Below are positions 8,968 to 18,050 of a stretch of DNA of 64,000 nt, one piece after another. Every line of letters begins with the position of its first letter. The first letter of the stretch is position 1. Position numbers and translations under genes: made by a program. The notes below the pieces were generated by a model. It searched no databases and was not told where the DNA came from. It saw only the letters and a program-made list of their open reading frames with translations. This stretch comes from an uncultured Chitinophagales bacterium (GTDB lineage: Bacteria > Bacteroidota > Rhodothermia > Balneolales > M1805): NCBI GenBank assembly GCA_964575925.1, contig CAZNTR010000002.1:6624-70623 (forward strand), given 5' to 3'.

Positions 8968-9663
8968 GTGAGTTATCAAATGGAATCAAGTATGATAAAA
9001 AATGACGATTACGGTGAAATTATAACCCGAATAAAGCAAATAAAAAGTCTTTTTGCTTTTGGTGAAGGAATTTTACCCTTTTTAGAAGAATTGTTTGTCT
9101 TTCTCCGTGAAGTTTCGCCACTTTTAAATGATGTTTCTGAATCAATTATGAATACAACTGGTTTAATGCCAGATGCTGCTAGTGAATTAGATACAGCCGT
9201 TGCAGAAACAACGGATGCAACCTATCAAATAATGAATCGAGTTGAGCAAATCATGTCTCATGTTGATACCTTAGAAATGGGTGCAAACCCAGAAGATATG
9301 GAAGCGGCTATGATGTTAGGCGAAATAAGAAATGATGCAATCGCAATTATGACTGCGTTGCAATTTCATGATATTGTTTCACAGAAACTGGTTCATGTAA
9401 GAAAAGTAATGGCAGAAATTCAGATTAAGATGCTTCAATTATTCACAAGAGTGTATGAATTACATATTGAAGACGAGATTAAAGAGAATATTCTATCAAC
9501 ATTTGGAGTTAATATTGAAAAATTCCACAATATGATGGAAAAGAAAATTAATGTTGATTCAAGAATGACAGCTGATTCTCCTGCACCTGAGTCACCTATA
9601 AAAGTTCAGGCACCACAAACATCAGCGTTTAATCAAAATGATATCGATGATTTGTTTGGGTAA
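8968..9663 (+). CDS. CheZ-like CheY-P phosphatase
   Basis: LQFHDIVSQKL matches the CheZ catalytic F-x-D-x3-Q spacing (E. coli FQDLTGQ). The C-terminal end NQNDIDDLFG resembles the CheZ CheY-binding peptide (..VDDLLDSLGF). Adjacent to cheY. GTG start; an alternative ATG is at 8980. Confidence 0.6.
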   Translation: MSYQMESSMIKNDDYGEIITRIKQIKSLFAFGEGILPFLEELFVFLREVSPLLNDVSESIMNTTGLMPDAASELDTAVAETTDATYQIMNRVEQIMSHVDTLEMGANPEDMEAAMMLGEIRNDAIAIMTALQFHDIVSQKLVHVRKVMAEIQIKMLQLFTRVYELHIEDEIKENILSTFGVNIEKFHNMMEKKINVDSRMTADSPAPESPIKVQAPQTSAFNQNDIDDLFG

Positions 9664-9687
9664 AACGAACTAACATTGATTTAAAAA

Positions 9688-9730
9688 TAAAAAGCCAGCA
9701 AATGTTGATCGTATTTGGTGGCTTTTTTTA
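9688..9730. terminator. Bidirectional rho-independent terminator between convergent cheZ-like and cheB
   Basis: AAAAAGCCAGCAAAT ... ATTTGGTGGCTTTTTTT. 11-bp stem with one mismatch, flanked by an A-run and a T-run. Confidence 0.65.
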
Positions 9731-9745
9731 TAAGGATTATGAACG

Positions 9746-10816
9746 CTACGAATACCTCTCGTGTAATGCTCTTACGGCATCAATTATAGCAGAAGATATC
9801 TCATTAATATGTAAAATTTGATCAACAGCCCCTAATTTTATGGCCTCTTTAGGCATTCCATAAACAACACAACTATCTTCATTTTGTGCGATATTATGTG
9901 CTCCTTTGTCATGCATCTCTTTCATGCCAATTGAGCCATCTCCGCCCATACCCGTTAACATTACACCAATTGTATTATTGCCAGCAACCGAAGCAACAGA
10001 GTGAAATAATACATCAACAGAAGGTCTATGATGATGAACCATGGGACCTTCTTTAACCTGAACAAAATAGTCTGAACCACTTTTTTTCAAAAGCATGTGA
10101 TAATTTCCAGGCGCAATTAAAACTCTTCCCATTAAAACACGATCACCGTCTTCCGCCTCTTTAACGTCTAAGGGTACTAGTGAATTTAAGCGTTCAGCAA
10201 ATGCAGTTGTGAATTTAGGAGGCATGTGCTGTACTATAACAATTCCTGGGGAATCAGCAGGGAGACCCATTAAGACTTGTTTTAAAGCTTCAGTACCCCC
10301 TGTGGAAGCTCCCATTGCAATAATTTTATCTGTAGTATGCTTTAGGCCACCTAGATTTAAAGGAGTATTAATCTCAGGAGGTTTTTGAGGAATAACAGGT
10401 GGTTCAAAAAGATGTTTGTTTTTCATGTTGGCTTTTGCTGCAGCTCTAATAACTCGAGCTAATTGCAAGGTTAAATCACCAACTGAATAGGAACCACCAG
10501 GTTTACAAAGAACTTCTACCGCCCCAGATTCTAAGGCTACCATTGCAAGATCACTACCTTGTTTTGTAAGTGAGCTAATTATGATTACAGGTTTAGGGAA
10601 GAATCGCATTATCTTTTTTAAGAATGTAATTCCATCCATACGAGGCATTTCCACATCAAGCGTAATTACGTCGGGGTTCAGACGTACAATCTTGTCTCGG
10701 GCAACATAAGGGTCTATTGCGGAGCCTACAACCTGAATATCCGGGTACTTATTTAGATCTTCAGTTAATTTTTTTCTAACTATTGCGGAGTCGTCAACGA
10801 CAAATACCCGGATCAT
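9746..10816 (-). CDS. cheB: Chemotaxis methylesterase/deamidase CheB (REC + CheB_methylest)
   Basis: N-terminal REC (IRVFVVDDSAIVRK, LDVEMPRMDG). Catalytic domain GASTGGTEAL, HMPPKFT, GMGGDG. Confidence 0.92.
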   Translation of the reverse strand: MIRVFVVDDSAIVRKKLTEDLNKYPDIQVVGSAIDPYVARDKIVRLNPDVITLDVEMPRMDGITFLKKIMRFFPKPVIIISSLTKQGSDLAMVALESGAVEVLCKPGGSYSVGDLTLQLARVIRAAAKANMKNKHLFEPPVIPQKPPEINTPLNLGGLKHTTDKIIAMGASTGGTEALKQVLMGLPADSPGIVIVQHMPPKFTTAFAERLNSLVPLDVKEAEDGDRVLMGRVLIAPGNYHMLLKKSGSDYFVQVKEGPMVHHHRPSVDVLFHSVASVAGNNTIGVMLTGMGGDGSIGMKEMHDKGAHNIAQNEDSCVVYGMPKEAIKLGAVDQILHINEISSAIIDAVRALHERYS

Positions 10817-10818
10817 AA

Positions 10819-11280
10819 TTATTTTCGATTATATGGTGAAATAGTCATTAGTCGCCCTTCGGCAACAAAGTAGATAGTCCAATGTTCGTCTGTATTATCA
10901 GATTCAGTAATTGAATTTGGGTCTAGAATTTCAGGAATCGATAGGTTGCAAGTTGCATTTGGATCTACTCTAACCAGATAATTTCCACCAATTATGTTTG
11001 CCGTTTCACAAGCCATAGACTCAATATGTTCCTGCATTAACTCATCTTGAGTTATGCCCATAAAGTTCATGGCCATTTCGGATAATAATTGAGGATCTAT
11101 AGTGAAGTGAAGGTAAAAATCGGTATTAAAGTGAATTCCAACGTGAATAGAATTACGTGAAATTTCACCGATTGAAACTTTTTTGCCATCATCATCTAAG
11201 TCTGGAAAAATGAAAAACATATCCGTCATTATCTCATCAATGACTGTAATAATAATTTCTTTGTTATTTAAATTAAGCAT
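10819..11280 (-). CDS. CheX/CheC-family CheY-P phosphatase-like protein
   Basis: 153 aa. Single S-x3-E-x2-N motif (SMACETAN) with a Pro about 21 residues later, close to the CheC/CheX/FliY consensus D/S-x3-E-x2-N-x22-P. Lies inside the che operon. Confidence 0.55.
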   Translation of the reverse strand: MLNLNNKEIIITVIDEIMTDMFFIFPDLDDDGKKVSIGEISRNSIHVGIHFNTDFYLHFTIDPQLLSEMAMNFMGITQDELMQEHIESMACETANIIGGNYLVRVDPNATCNLSIPEILDPNSITESDNTDEHWTIYFVAEGRLMTISPYNRK

Positions 11281-11659
11281 TTGAGTATCCTAAAATTTTT
11301 AAAACATCTGCGCCTATTTGTTCTGGGCGGAACGGTTTTGTTATATAATCGGCTGCACCGATATCAAGAGCTCTTTGAACTACATCATCTCTACCTTCGG
11401 TAGAAATTACGATTACTGGAATTGAACGTAAGACTTCGTCATCTTTGAGGTATTCAATAAATGTTAAGCCATCCATAATAGGCATATTTAAATCGGTAAG
11501 GATTAAATCAATCCAATGTGCGCGTGCCTCAATCAGTCCTTCTGCACCATTCCCTGCTTCAAATAATTCGCCAACATCAACACCAGACATTCGAATGGTC
11601 TTGATTATAACTTTTCGCATTACGGGGGAATCATCAACAATTAAAAAATTAAAAGCCAT
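11273..11659 (-). CDS. CheY-like single-domain response regulator
   Basis: FLIVDDSPVMRK, LTDLNMPIMDG, ITKPF. 128 aa. Confidence 0.85.
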   Translation of the reverse strand: MAFNFLIVDDSPVMRKVIIKTIRMSGVDVGELFEAGNGAEGLIEARAHWIDLILTDLNMPIMDGLTFIEYLKDDEVLRSIPVIVISTEGRDDVVQRALDIGAADYITKPFRPEQIGADVLKILGYSNA

Positions 11660-11671
11660 TTTTTTATCCGT

Positions 11672-12202
11672 TTATTTGATTGTACTGGTGTAGGTTATCA
11701 TTTCTTCTTTGTTCACATCAAGAAGAATACTTCCTGTTGCTACATCTATTCTAACGGTTCTGTGTACTCTACCACCTACATGTTCATTTCGAATGAGAAG
11801 TCCTTCTTGCCAAAGTATTTTTCTGAGTGCTACATAATTTCTTTTACCGATATTAAAATAGTCTTCACGATCAAAAACCTGAGCTCCACCAAAAACACTA
11901 ATGCTCATAGTCGCTTTTTTAGCACCCATAGCAAGACATTTTTTGATTAAAATTGGCACCCCTGTGTCCATGTATTTATATGGATTAAAAGAGATTGAAT
12001 TTTTAGTCATTTTTTCAATATTCGAATCTGGAAGCATAACATGAATCATTCCAGATACTTGTACGGTTGGGTCATATACTAATACAGCAATACATGAGCC
12101 AAGTGAGTAGGTAATTAATGTATCTTTAACATTATTACTAACTGCTAAATCGGAGATGCCGATGGTAATTTTGGTGTTTTTTACAACACTTTCAAGCTTC
12201 AT
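11672..12202 (-). CDS. cheD: Chemoreceptor glutamine deamidase CheD
   Basis: 176 aa. LGSCIAV with the catalytic Cys context, then MIHVMLP and GGAQVF blocks typical of CheD. Confidence 0.8.
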   Translation of the reverse strand: MKLESVVKNTKITIGISDLAVSNNVKDTLITYSLGSCIAVLVYDPTVQVSGMIHVMLPDSNIEKMTKNSISFNPYKYMDTGVPILIKKCLAMGAKKATMSISVFGGAQVFDREDYFNIGKRNYVALRKILWQEGLLIRNEHVGGRVHRTVRIDVATGSILLDVNKEEMITYTSTIK

Positions 12203-12205
12203 TCA

Positions 12206-13060
12206 TCACCCGTTTAATCTTCGGTAAATTGTTGGTTTTATCATTGTTAGATTATGTTTTATAGCACTCAAACTTTCAGAATGCCCATTTATAAAATAAC
12301 CGTTGTTCGATAATTTTGTACAAAGTAAACTTACAATTTTTTCTTTCGTCGGATTATCGAAATAAATCATCACATTTCGGCAAAAAATGATATCAAATGT
12401 TTCATTTTGTTGAAGTGATTCAAGCAAATTATGTTTTGCATACGTAATTTTTTCTCTTAAAGCAGGTTTTACCTTAACTAAATCTGCAAAGTCACTTTTC
12501 CCTCGTTGAAAATACTTGCGCTTTAGTGTATCTGGCATTCCATCGAGTTCTTCTAGAGGATAGATACCTTTTTTTGCTTTTTCTAATACAGTAACTGAAA
12601 TATCACTTGCAAAAACAGAAAAAGTAACTCCTGGAAAAGAATGTAATGCTTCCATCATCGAAATACCAATAGAATAAGGCTCTTCTCCACTTGAACTTGC
12701 AGCGCTCCATATTTTGATGTGTTTTAAACCATGAGTTTTAACAAGAGTTGGTAAAATCGTTTCTGTTAAATAGTTGAAGTGAGCATCTTCGCGAAAAAAG
12801 AAAGTATGATTAGTAGATATTGAGTCTAAAACCAATTCTAATGTTTTACCATTTTTCTCACTCTGTAGTTTGTTGAATAAATCGTCATAGCCATTAATAT
12901 GATTCTTTCTCATCAACTTGCCAATGCGAGTTTGAACCAGACAACGTTTAGCATCTGTGAGATTTATTCCTGCCTCTTTGTAAATTAACTCTTTAAGATA
13001 GCGGAACTCTTTATCTGCAATCACAAAGTGTTTAAATTCAAAAGGGTCAGTTTTGCTCAT
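12206..13060 (-). CDS. cheR: Chemotaxis methyltransferase CheR
   Basis: IWSAASSSGEEPYSI SAM-binding block and FDIIFCRNVMIYFD. Confidence 0.9.
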   Translation of the reverse strand: MSKTDPFEFKHFVIADKEFRYLKELIYKEAGINLTDAKRCLVQTRIGKLMRKNHINGYDDLFNKLQSEKNGKTLELVLDSISTNHTFFFREDAHFNYLTETILPTLVKTHGLKHIKIWSAASSSGEEPYSIGISMMEALHSFPGVTFSVFASDISVTVLEKAKKGIYPLEELDGMPDTLKRKYFQRGKSDFADLVKVKPALREKITYAKHNLLESLQQNETFDIIFCRNVMIYFDNPTKEKIVSLLCTKLSNNGYFINGHSESLSAIKHNLTMIKPTIYRRLNG

Positions 13061-13075
13061 ATAATTGGTTCTTAA

Positions 13076-13726
13076 CTAATTTTGAATCATTACTAACTGT
13101 CGGCTTGTCAATATTTTATCAATATCGAGTAAAGTAATAACTTTTTGACTTAATTTTGCAATACCCAAGATAAAGTCTGTATCTAAATCAACTCCAAATG
13201 CAGGTGTGTCTTCAATCATACTATCATCAAGGTTAATTACTTCAGAAACAGAATCGACAACGATACCTAAAAATTGACTACCACCTTTATGGGAAATTTC
13301 AACAATAATGATTGGTGTTCTTGCGTCATCATCTCTTTGTTCTAACCCAAAACGTTTACGTAAATCAATTACAGGATGTACTTTACCTCTTAGATTAATC
13401 ACACCACGTACAAATTCAGGAGTTCTTGGAACTCTTGTAATACTCATCATTCCAATAATTTCTTTAACGCTAAGAATGTATAAACCGTAATCTTCGCCAG
13501 CTAAGGTAAAGGTGATATACTTTCCGGCATGAGCTCTAGCTTGCTGAACATCAGCTACTTCAGTCCGCTTAATAGAATCGATGTGTTTGTCTTTCATTAC
13601 TTCTGATTGAAGAATCAACGCTTCTTCTTCTGAGATTTTATTTGAACTGGATAAAGTTGGATCATTTTCAATTTCGGCAAGTAATGCCTTCATTTCATCC
13701 GTTAAATCATGTAGTTTGTTTGCCAT
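13076..13726 (-). CDS. cheW: Coupling protein CheW with an approximately 70-aa N-terminal extension
   Basis: CheW core YITFTLAGEDYGLYILSVKEII...VINLRGKVHPVIDLRKRFG. 216 aa, versus roughly 150-160 aa typical for CheW. Confidence 0.85.
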   Translation of the reverse strand: MANKLHDLTDEMKALLAEIENDPTLSSSNKISEEEALILQSEVMKDKHIDSIKRTEVADVQQARAHAGKYITFTLAGEDYGLYILSVKEIIGMMSITRVPRTPEFVRGVINLRGKVHPVIDLRKRFGLEQRDDDARTPIIIVEISHKGGSQFLGIVVDSVSEVINLDDSMIEDTPAFGVDLDTDFILGIAKLSQKVITLLDIDKILTSRQLVMIQN

Positions 13727-13747
13727 AAGATAATTCCTGATTTACTA

Positions 13748-16078
13748 TTAGTCTTTATACGATCTTCCTGATTTAGGTAACAAAGTTGGAACATCAATGA
13801 TTAAGCCTACTGTTCCATCCGATAATATTGCACCTCCAGCTAAGCCTGCAAGATTACTTAAACTTTCACCAAGGGATTTAATAACAATTTCTTGTTTGTC
13901 TAACATTTTATCCACTAATAAAGCTGCTTCTTGTTTATCACTTTCAACAATGATAATGAGACCTTCCCATGGTTTTTCAACTGCAGTATTAATTCCAAAA
14001 TATTTCCCAACACGAATAAGAGGCATAACTTTATTGCGAATAAATACGGTTTCGCCTTTTCCAGCAATTTTATTGAGTTGCTCTTTTTTAACAACAAGAG
14101 ATTCTTTAATGCTAATTGTAGGTAAAATATATTTTTCAGAACCAATTTCGATGATAACTCCATCAATAATGGCTAGAGTTAGGGGTAAGCGCAGTGAAAA
14201 CGTTGTGCCTTTACCTAGTTTCGTTTGAATGTCGATATTCCCACGAAGACTAGTAATCGCTCGTTTAACCACATCCATTCCTACACCACGGCCAGATACA
14301 TCAGTGACAACTTCACTTGTCGAAAATCCTGAGGCAAAGATGAAGTTTAGAATTTCTTCTTCTGAATGCTTCACTCCTAATTGTGTAATACCTTTTGAAA
14401 TGGCTTTAGATAGAATTTTTGATGAGTCTATGCCATTTCCATCATCAGTAACATCAATTACTACCATACCACCTTTGTAGAAGGCATTTAAGGTTATGGT
14501 ACCTGTCTCATTTTTACCTCTTGATTTTCGAACTTGAGGGCTTTCAATTCCATGGTCACAATTGTTTCGAATCATGTGCACTAGTGGGTCATACAATTCG
14601 TCAACCATATTTCGGTCAATTTCAGTATCTTCACCGAATACTTCTAGTACAATTTTTTTCCCAGATTTTCGAGCTAAATCGCGAACAATCCGGTGCATTT
14701 TCTGGAAGGTATCTTTAATGGGCACCATGCGCAATGACATGGATAAATCTTGAAGATTGTTTGTAATACGTTTGAGTTGCCCAACATCTTGCTGTAATCG
14801 TTTATCAATACTTGCTTTTACAACATTATTCTGAACAACCATGTTTTGAGTTACAACAAGTTCGCCAACAAGATCAATAAGGGAATCCATTTTTAAGGTA
14901 CTTACACGCAAAGTAGAGTCTTTAACTCCACCCATTGCTCTTGTACCTAATATTTTGTCTGAATCCTCTAATTTTGCAGTATTTTTTTTGAATGCAGATG
15001 TCTCGTTTTGATTAGACTTTGAAAAGGTGTGGTCTAGTTTTGGCTTAATAGGTTGTGAAAGTGAACCCTTATTTATATTTGGTGAAACGTTTTCACTATT
15101 ATTCTTTTGAGATGGAGTCTTCTCGTGAGAATCAAGCGTGCCAGAACGTGCTCTTTCCACAAGTTCTGCAAAACTGTTTAAATCGACAGTGTGTCCTTTA
15201 TAATTTCCGGTTTCAATTGCATCAAGCAAAGCAGAAATCATGCTTTTTAAGGCGTCAATCCCTTTAAAAATGGCATCAGCTAGCGATGCACTGTATGCTA
15301 ATTTCCCTTTCCTAACCTCATCAAGTACATCCTCGTACATGTGTGAAAAATTATTGATGTCAGTTAGGTTTAAAAAGCCTGCTACGCCTTTAATAGTATG
15401 GAAGGGTCTGAATACGGAATCAATGATTGTTAAGTCAGTTGGAGAAGATTCCCAATCTATAAGACCATTTTCTATCATTTGAATATGTTCAGCTGTCTCA
15501 TCAATAAAGCCTTGAAGCAATTCTTCGTCATCTTTTAAAGTTTGATTGATAAGTTTGAAATCATCAAAAGTTTTAAAATAATGATGACTAACAACTGCTT
15601 TAACTACTTCTTGTTGTTTTTCTTGAACTGGTTTCTCTTTAGGAGTTTCTTCAGAAATATGTGTAGGCTTTTTAATAGGATTAGAGGGGGCATTTTTCAA
15701 CTTAACAACTGGTGCATCTAATTCAATGGTATGAGATTCGACAATGTCTTCATGAGTTGCATCTTCATTGTATTCGTTCTGTTTTTTTGCAAATTCTACA
15801 TCAGTAACATATTCAGATTCTGAGTGAGCTATTTGGAGTTGCTCAATTGCGGCATTTAATTCATTTATACCAACAGAATTTGACTCATATTCATCTAAAA
15901 TAAGTCGTTCAACAACAGACCTTACTTGAAGAATGTATTCCTGAATAGGTTGTTCATGCAACTCATCCAGAAGTTTTAATATTTCTCCAAGAGCCTGAAT
16001 ATCATCGGCTTCAAGTAAAACAATTTTACTTGCTAATGAGTTGAGTATGTCGGATGGATTTTTACTGATGGTCTGCAT
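13748..16078 (-). CDS. cheA: Chemotaxis histidine kinase CheA
   Basis: P1 Hpt FRPFHTIKGVAGFL. HATPase blocks HMIRNNCDHGIE, DDGNGID, GRGVGMDVV. C-terminal CheW-like domain. About 180 aa of unassigned sequence precede P1. Confidence 0.95.
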   Translation of the reverse strand: MQTISKNPSDILNSLASKIVLLEADDIQALGEILKLLDELHEQPIQEYILQVRSVVERLILDEYESNSVGINELNAAIEQLQIAHSESEYVTDVEFAKKQNEYNEDATHEDIVESHTIELDAPVVKLKNAPSNPIKKPTHISEETPKEKPVQEKQQEVVKAVVSHHYFKTFDDFKLINQTLKDDEELLQGFIDETAEHIQMIENGLIDWESSPTDLTIIDSVFRPFHTIKGVAGFLNLTDINNFSHMYEDVLDEVRKGKLAYSASLADAIFKGIDALKSMISALLDAIETGNYKGHTVDLNSFAELVERARSGTLDSHEKTPSQKNNSENVSPNINKGSLSQPIKPKLDHTFSKSNQNETSAFKKNTAKLEDSDKILGTRAMGGVKDSTLRVSTLKMDSLIDLVGELVVTQNMVVQNNVVKASIDKRLQQDVGQLKRITNNLQDLSMSLRMVPIKDTFQKMHRIVRDLARKSGKKIVLEVFGEDTEIDRNMVDELYDPLVHMIRNNCDHGIESPQVRKSRGKNETGTITLNAFYKGGMVVIDVTDDGNGIDSSKILSKAISKGITQLGVKHSEEEILNFIFASGFSTSEVVTDVSGRGVGMDVVKRAITSLRGNIDIQTKLGKGTTFSLRLPLTLAIIDGVIIEIGSEKYILPTISIKESLVVKKEQLNKIAGKGETVFIRNKVMPLIRVGKYFGINTAVEKPWEGLIIIVESDKQEAALLVDKMLDKQEIVIKSLGESLSNLAGLAGGAILSDGTVGLIIDVPTLLPKSGRSYKD

Positions 16079-16081
16079 AGA

Positions 16082-17515
16082 TTATTCATCAAAATCGTCT
16101 AAACGAAGTTTTTTTAATTTATTTCGAATGGTTCTATCGGAAATGCCAAGAAGTTCAGCCGCTTCCTTTTGATTGCCGTTTGTACGTTCTAATGCTTGCT
16201 TTATTAATTTCAACTCCATTTCTTCTATTGGAATTAAGGGTAATTCAGCATCAGAATCAAGTTCATCCGATAATTCTAAGTTAGAAAATAAACTGTTTTG
16301 TATGTGTTCAAATGTAATATTTTTTGAATTTCCCGACATTAAAACACCACGTTGAATTACATTATTTAATTCCCGAACATTACCATGCCATTGTTGCTTA
16401 CTTAGATAGGTTAAAACATCAGTTGTGAGCTCTTTTTCACCCATTCCATATTCGAGAGCAAATTTATCTACGAAATAGGTAGATAATGCTAAAATATCGC
16501 TACTTCGCTCTCTTAAAGGTGGAATAATAAGTGGGAAAACATTAAGACGATAAAATAAGTCTGATCTAAATTGGCCTTCTTTAATGCTTTTTCCAATATT
16601 TCTATTTGATGTAGCAATAATTCTAACATCAACTTTTTTTGCGTGTTGGCTACCAACTGCTCTGAATTCTTTTTCTTGTAATACGCGTAATAATTTGGCT
16701 TGAACGCCGAGTTCTATTTCTGTGATTTCATCCAATAATAAGGTTCCGCCATCTGCTTCGTCAAAAGCCCCTTTAGCATCGTTTATTGCACCAGTAAATG
16801 AACCTTTAATATGACCAAATAGTGTACTTTCAACTAATTCACTTGGCAAATTTGCACAATTGATTTTGACATAAGGTTTGTCGGCACGGTCACTATTGTA
16901 ATGAATTAAACTTGCGAACACTTCTTTACCAACTCCACTTTCGCCCTGAATGAGTACGGGTGCATTATTTTGAGCAATTTGAGGTAAAGCATCAATTAAT
17001 GCGGCTATTTTGGGGTGGTTTCCAACTAATTTTATATCGACTGTTTGTTTTGTAGCACTTTTTTGTTTTGAATTATTTTTAGGAGTTGCCTCATTATCCA
17101 ACCCTTTGGGACCTTCAAAAGTATGCTGAGCAAATTCAATTGTTCCTTGATTTCTTAATTTAAAAAAGCGATTTATGCGTGCAAGAATTTCAGGTCCTAG
17201 AAAAGGCTTGGTTATATAGTCAAACGCACCTTTTTGAATGGCATTAACACCATGTTCAATACTACCAAATCCAGTCATCATAATTAAACCAATTGTTGGA
17301 TGATGAGTTTTTACATGATTTAGTACTTCATCACCTGACATTTCAGGCATTTTAACGTCTGTCAAAATGAGTTGAATGTCGATTTTAGGTATAGCTTTAA
17401 GAGCCTCTGATGGTGAGGAAAACGCAGTTACACTATAACCGTTTGAACTTAGATGCAATTGCAAATATTGCAAAAGTGATGCATCGTCTTCAATTAATAA
17501 TATGGAGCCTTTCAA
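16082..17515 (-). CDS. Sigma-54-dependent response regulator (REC + AAA+ + Fis-type HTH)
   Basis: REC (ILLIEDDASL, LTDVKMPEMSG). Walker A GESGVGKE. GAFTGA variant GSFTGA. C-terminal HTH QKEAAELLGISDRTIRNKLKK. Its stop is 3 nt from the cheA start. Confidence 0.9.
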   Translation of the reverse strand: MKGSILLIEDDASLLQYLQLHLSSNGYSVTAFSSPSEALKAIPKIDIQLILTDVKMPEMSGDEVLNHVKTHHPTIGLIMMTGFGSIEHGVNAIQKGAFDYITKPFLGPEILARINRFFKLRNQGTIEFAQHTFEGPKGLDNEATPKNNSKQKSATKQTVDIKLVGNHPKIAALIDALPQIAQNNAPVLIQGESGVGKEVFASLIHYNSDRADKPYVKINCANLPSELVESTLFGHIKGSFTGAINDAKGAFDEADGGTLLLDEITEIELGVQAKLLRVLQEKEFRAVGSQHAKKVDVRIIATSNRNIGKSIKEGQFRSDLFYRLNVFPLIIPPLRERSSDILALSTYFVDKFALEYGMGEKELTTDVLTYLSKQQWHGNVRELNNVIQRGVLMSGNSKNITFEHIQNSLFSNLELSDELDSDAELPLIPIEEMELKLIKQALERTNGNQKEAAELLGISDRTIRNKLKKLRLDDFDE

Positions 17516-17583
17516 TGATTAAACCCTTTGTTAGAATTTTTGGGTTTAATGTACTTGTTAAGAATCTATTATTCTACTTTTAT

Positions 17584-18048
17584 TTACAGATTTGAAAGGA
17601 TTTTTGCGAGTCTTGACGCAACTTCTGTAATAATCTCTGGGTTTTCAGCTAAATTCTGTTTTAATTTGTCTAAATCTACTGGATAAACGGGAATATAAGT
17701 AGATCCTAAAGCGTCAGACTCTAATTCAATGATATCATGTTGAATGGCTACAGCAAGTTTTTTTATTGCGCTTTCTGAAGTATAATACCCTTGTTCTGCT
17801 TTTGTACGAACAGAACGTACTCTATCTAAAGATTGGTCATCTATTTTTTGATAAATTTGTTTCGCAAAGGACAAATCATCGGAGGCAGAGGCGGAAGAAA
17901 TAGAGACTTTGTCTGTTGATTTTTGATCTACTCTATTGTTAGAATACATTTCCGAACGTTTTCCATAACCATCATTTGATGGAGTTTTTATTCTGGAACT
18001 AGAATTTCGGTCAATTCGTTGTGAAGAGGTAAGTGTTCTGATATCCAT
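17584..18048 (-). CDS. FlgM-like anti-sigma-28 factor (putative)
   Basis: 154 aa, Ser-rich and probably disordered N-terminus. LDRVRSVRTKAEQGYYTSESAIKKLAVAI resembles the FlgM C-terminal sigma-28-binding helix pattern (..I..G.Y.v....iA..l). Confidence 0.5.
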   Translation of the reverse strand: MDIRTLTSSQRIDRNSSSRIKTPSNDGYGKRSEMYSNNRVDQKSTDKVSISSASASDDLSFAKQIYQKIDDQSLDRVRSVRTKAEQGYYTSESAIKKLAVAIQHDIIELESDALGSTYIPVYPVDLDKLKQNLAENPEIITEVASRLAKILSNL

Positions 18049-18050
18049 AT

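Noticed and set aside
13797-15482. Series of 63-143-aa ORFs in the track that lie antisense or out of frame within cheA (13797-14228, 13915-14166, 13931-14125, 14229-14480, 14521-14753, 15055-15482)
   Set aside because: They lie entirely inside the well-supported cheA reading frame. They have low-complexity, Ser/Ile/Phe-rich translations typical of shadow frames in AT-rich DNA, and no motifs.
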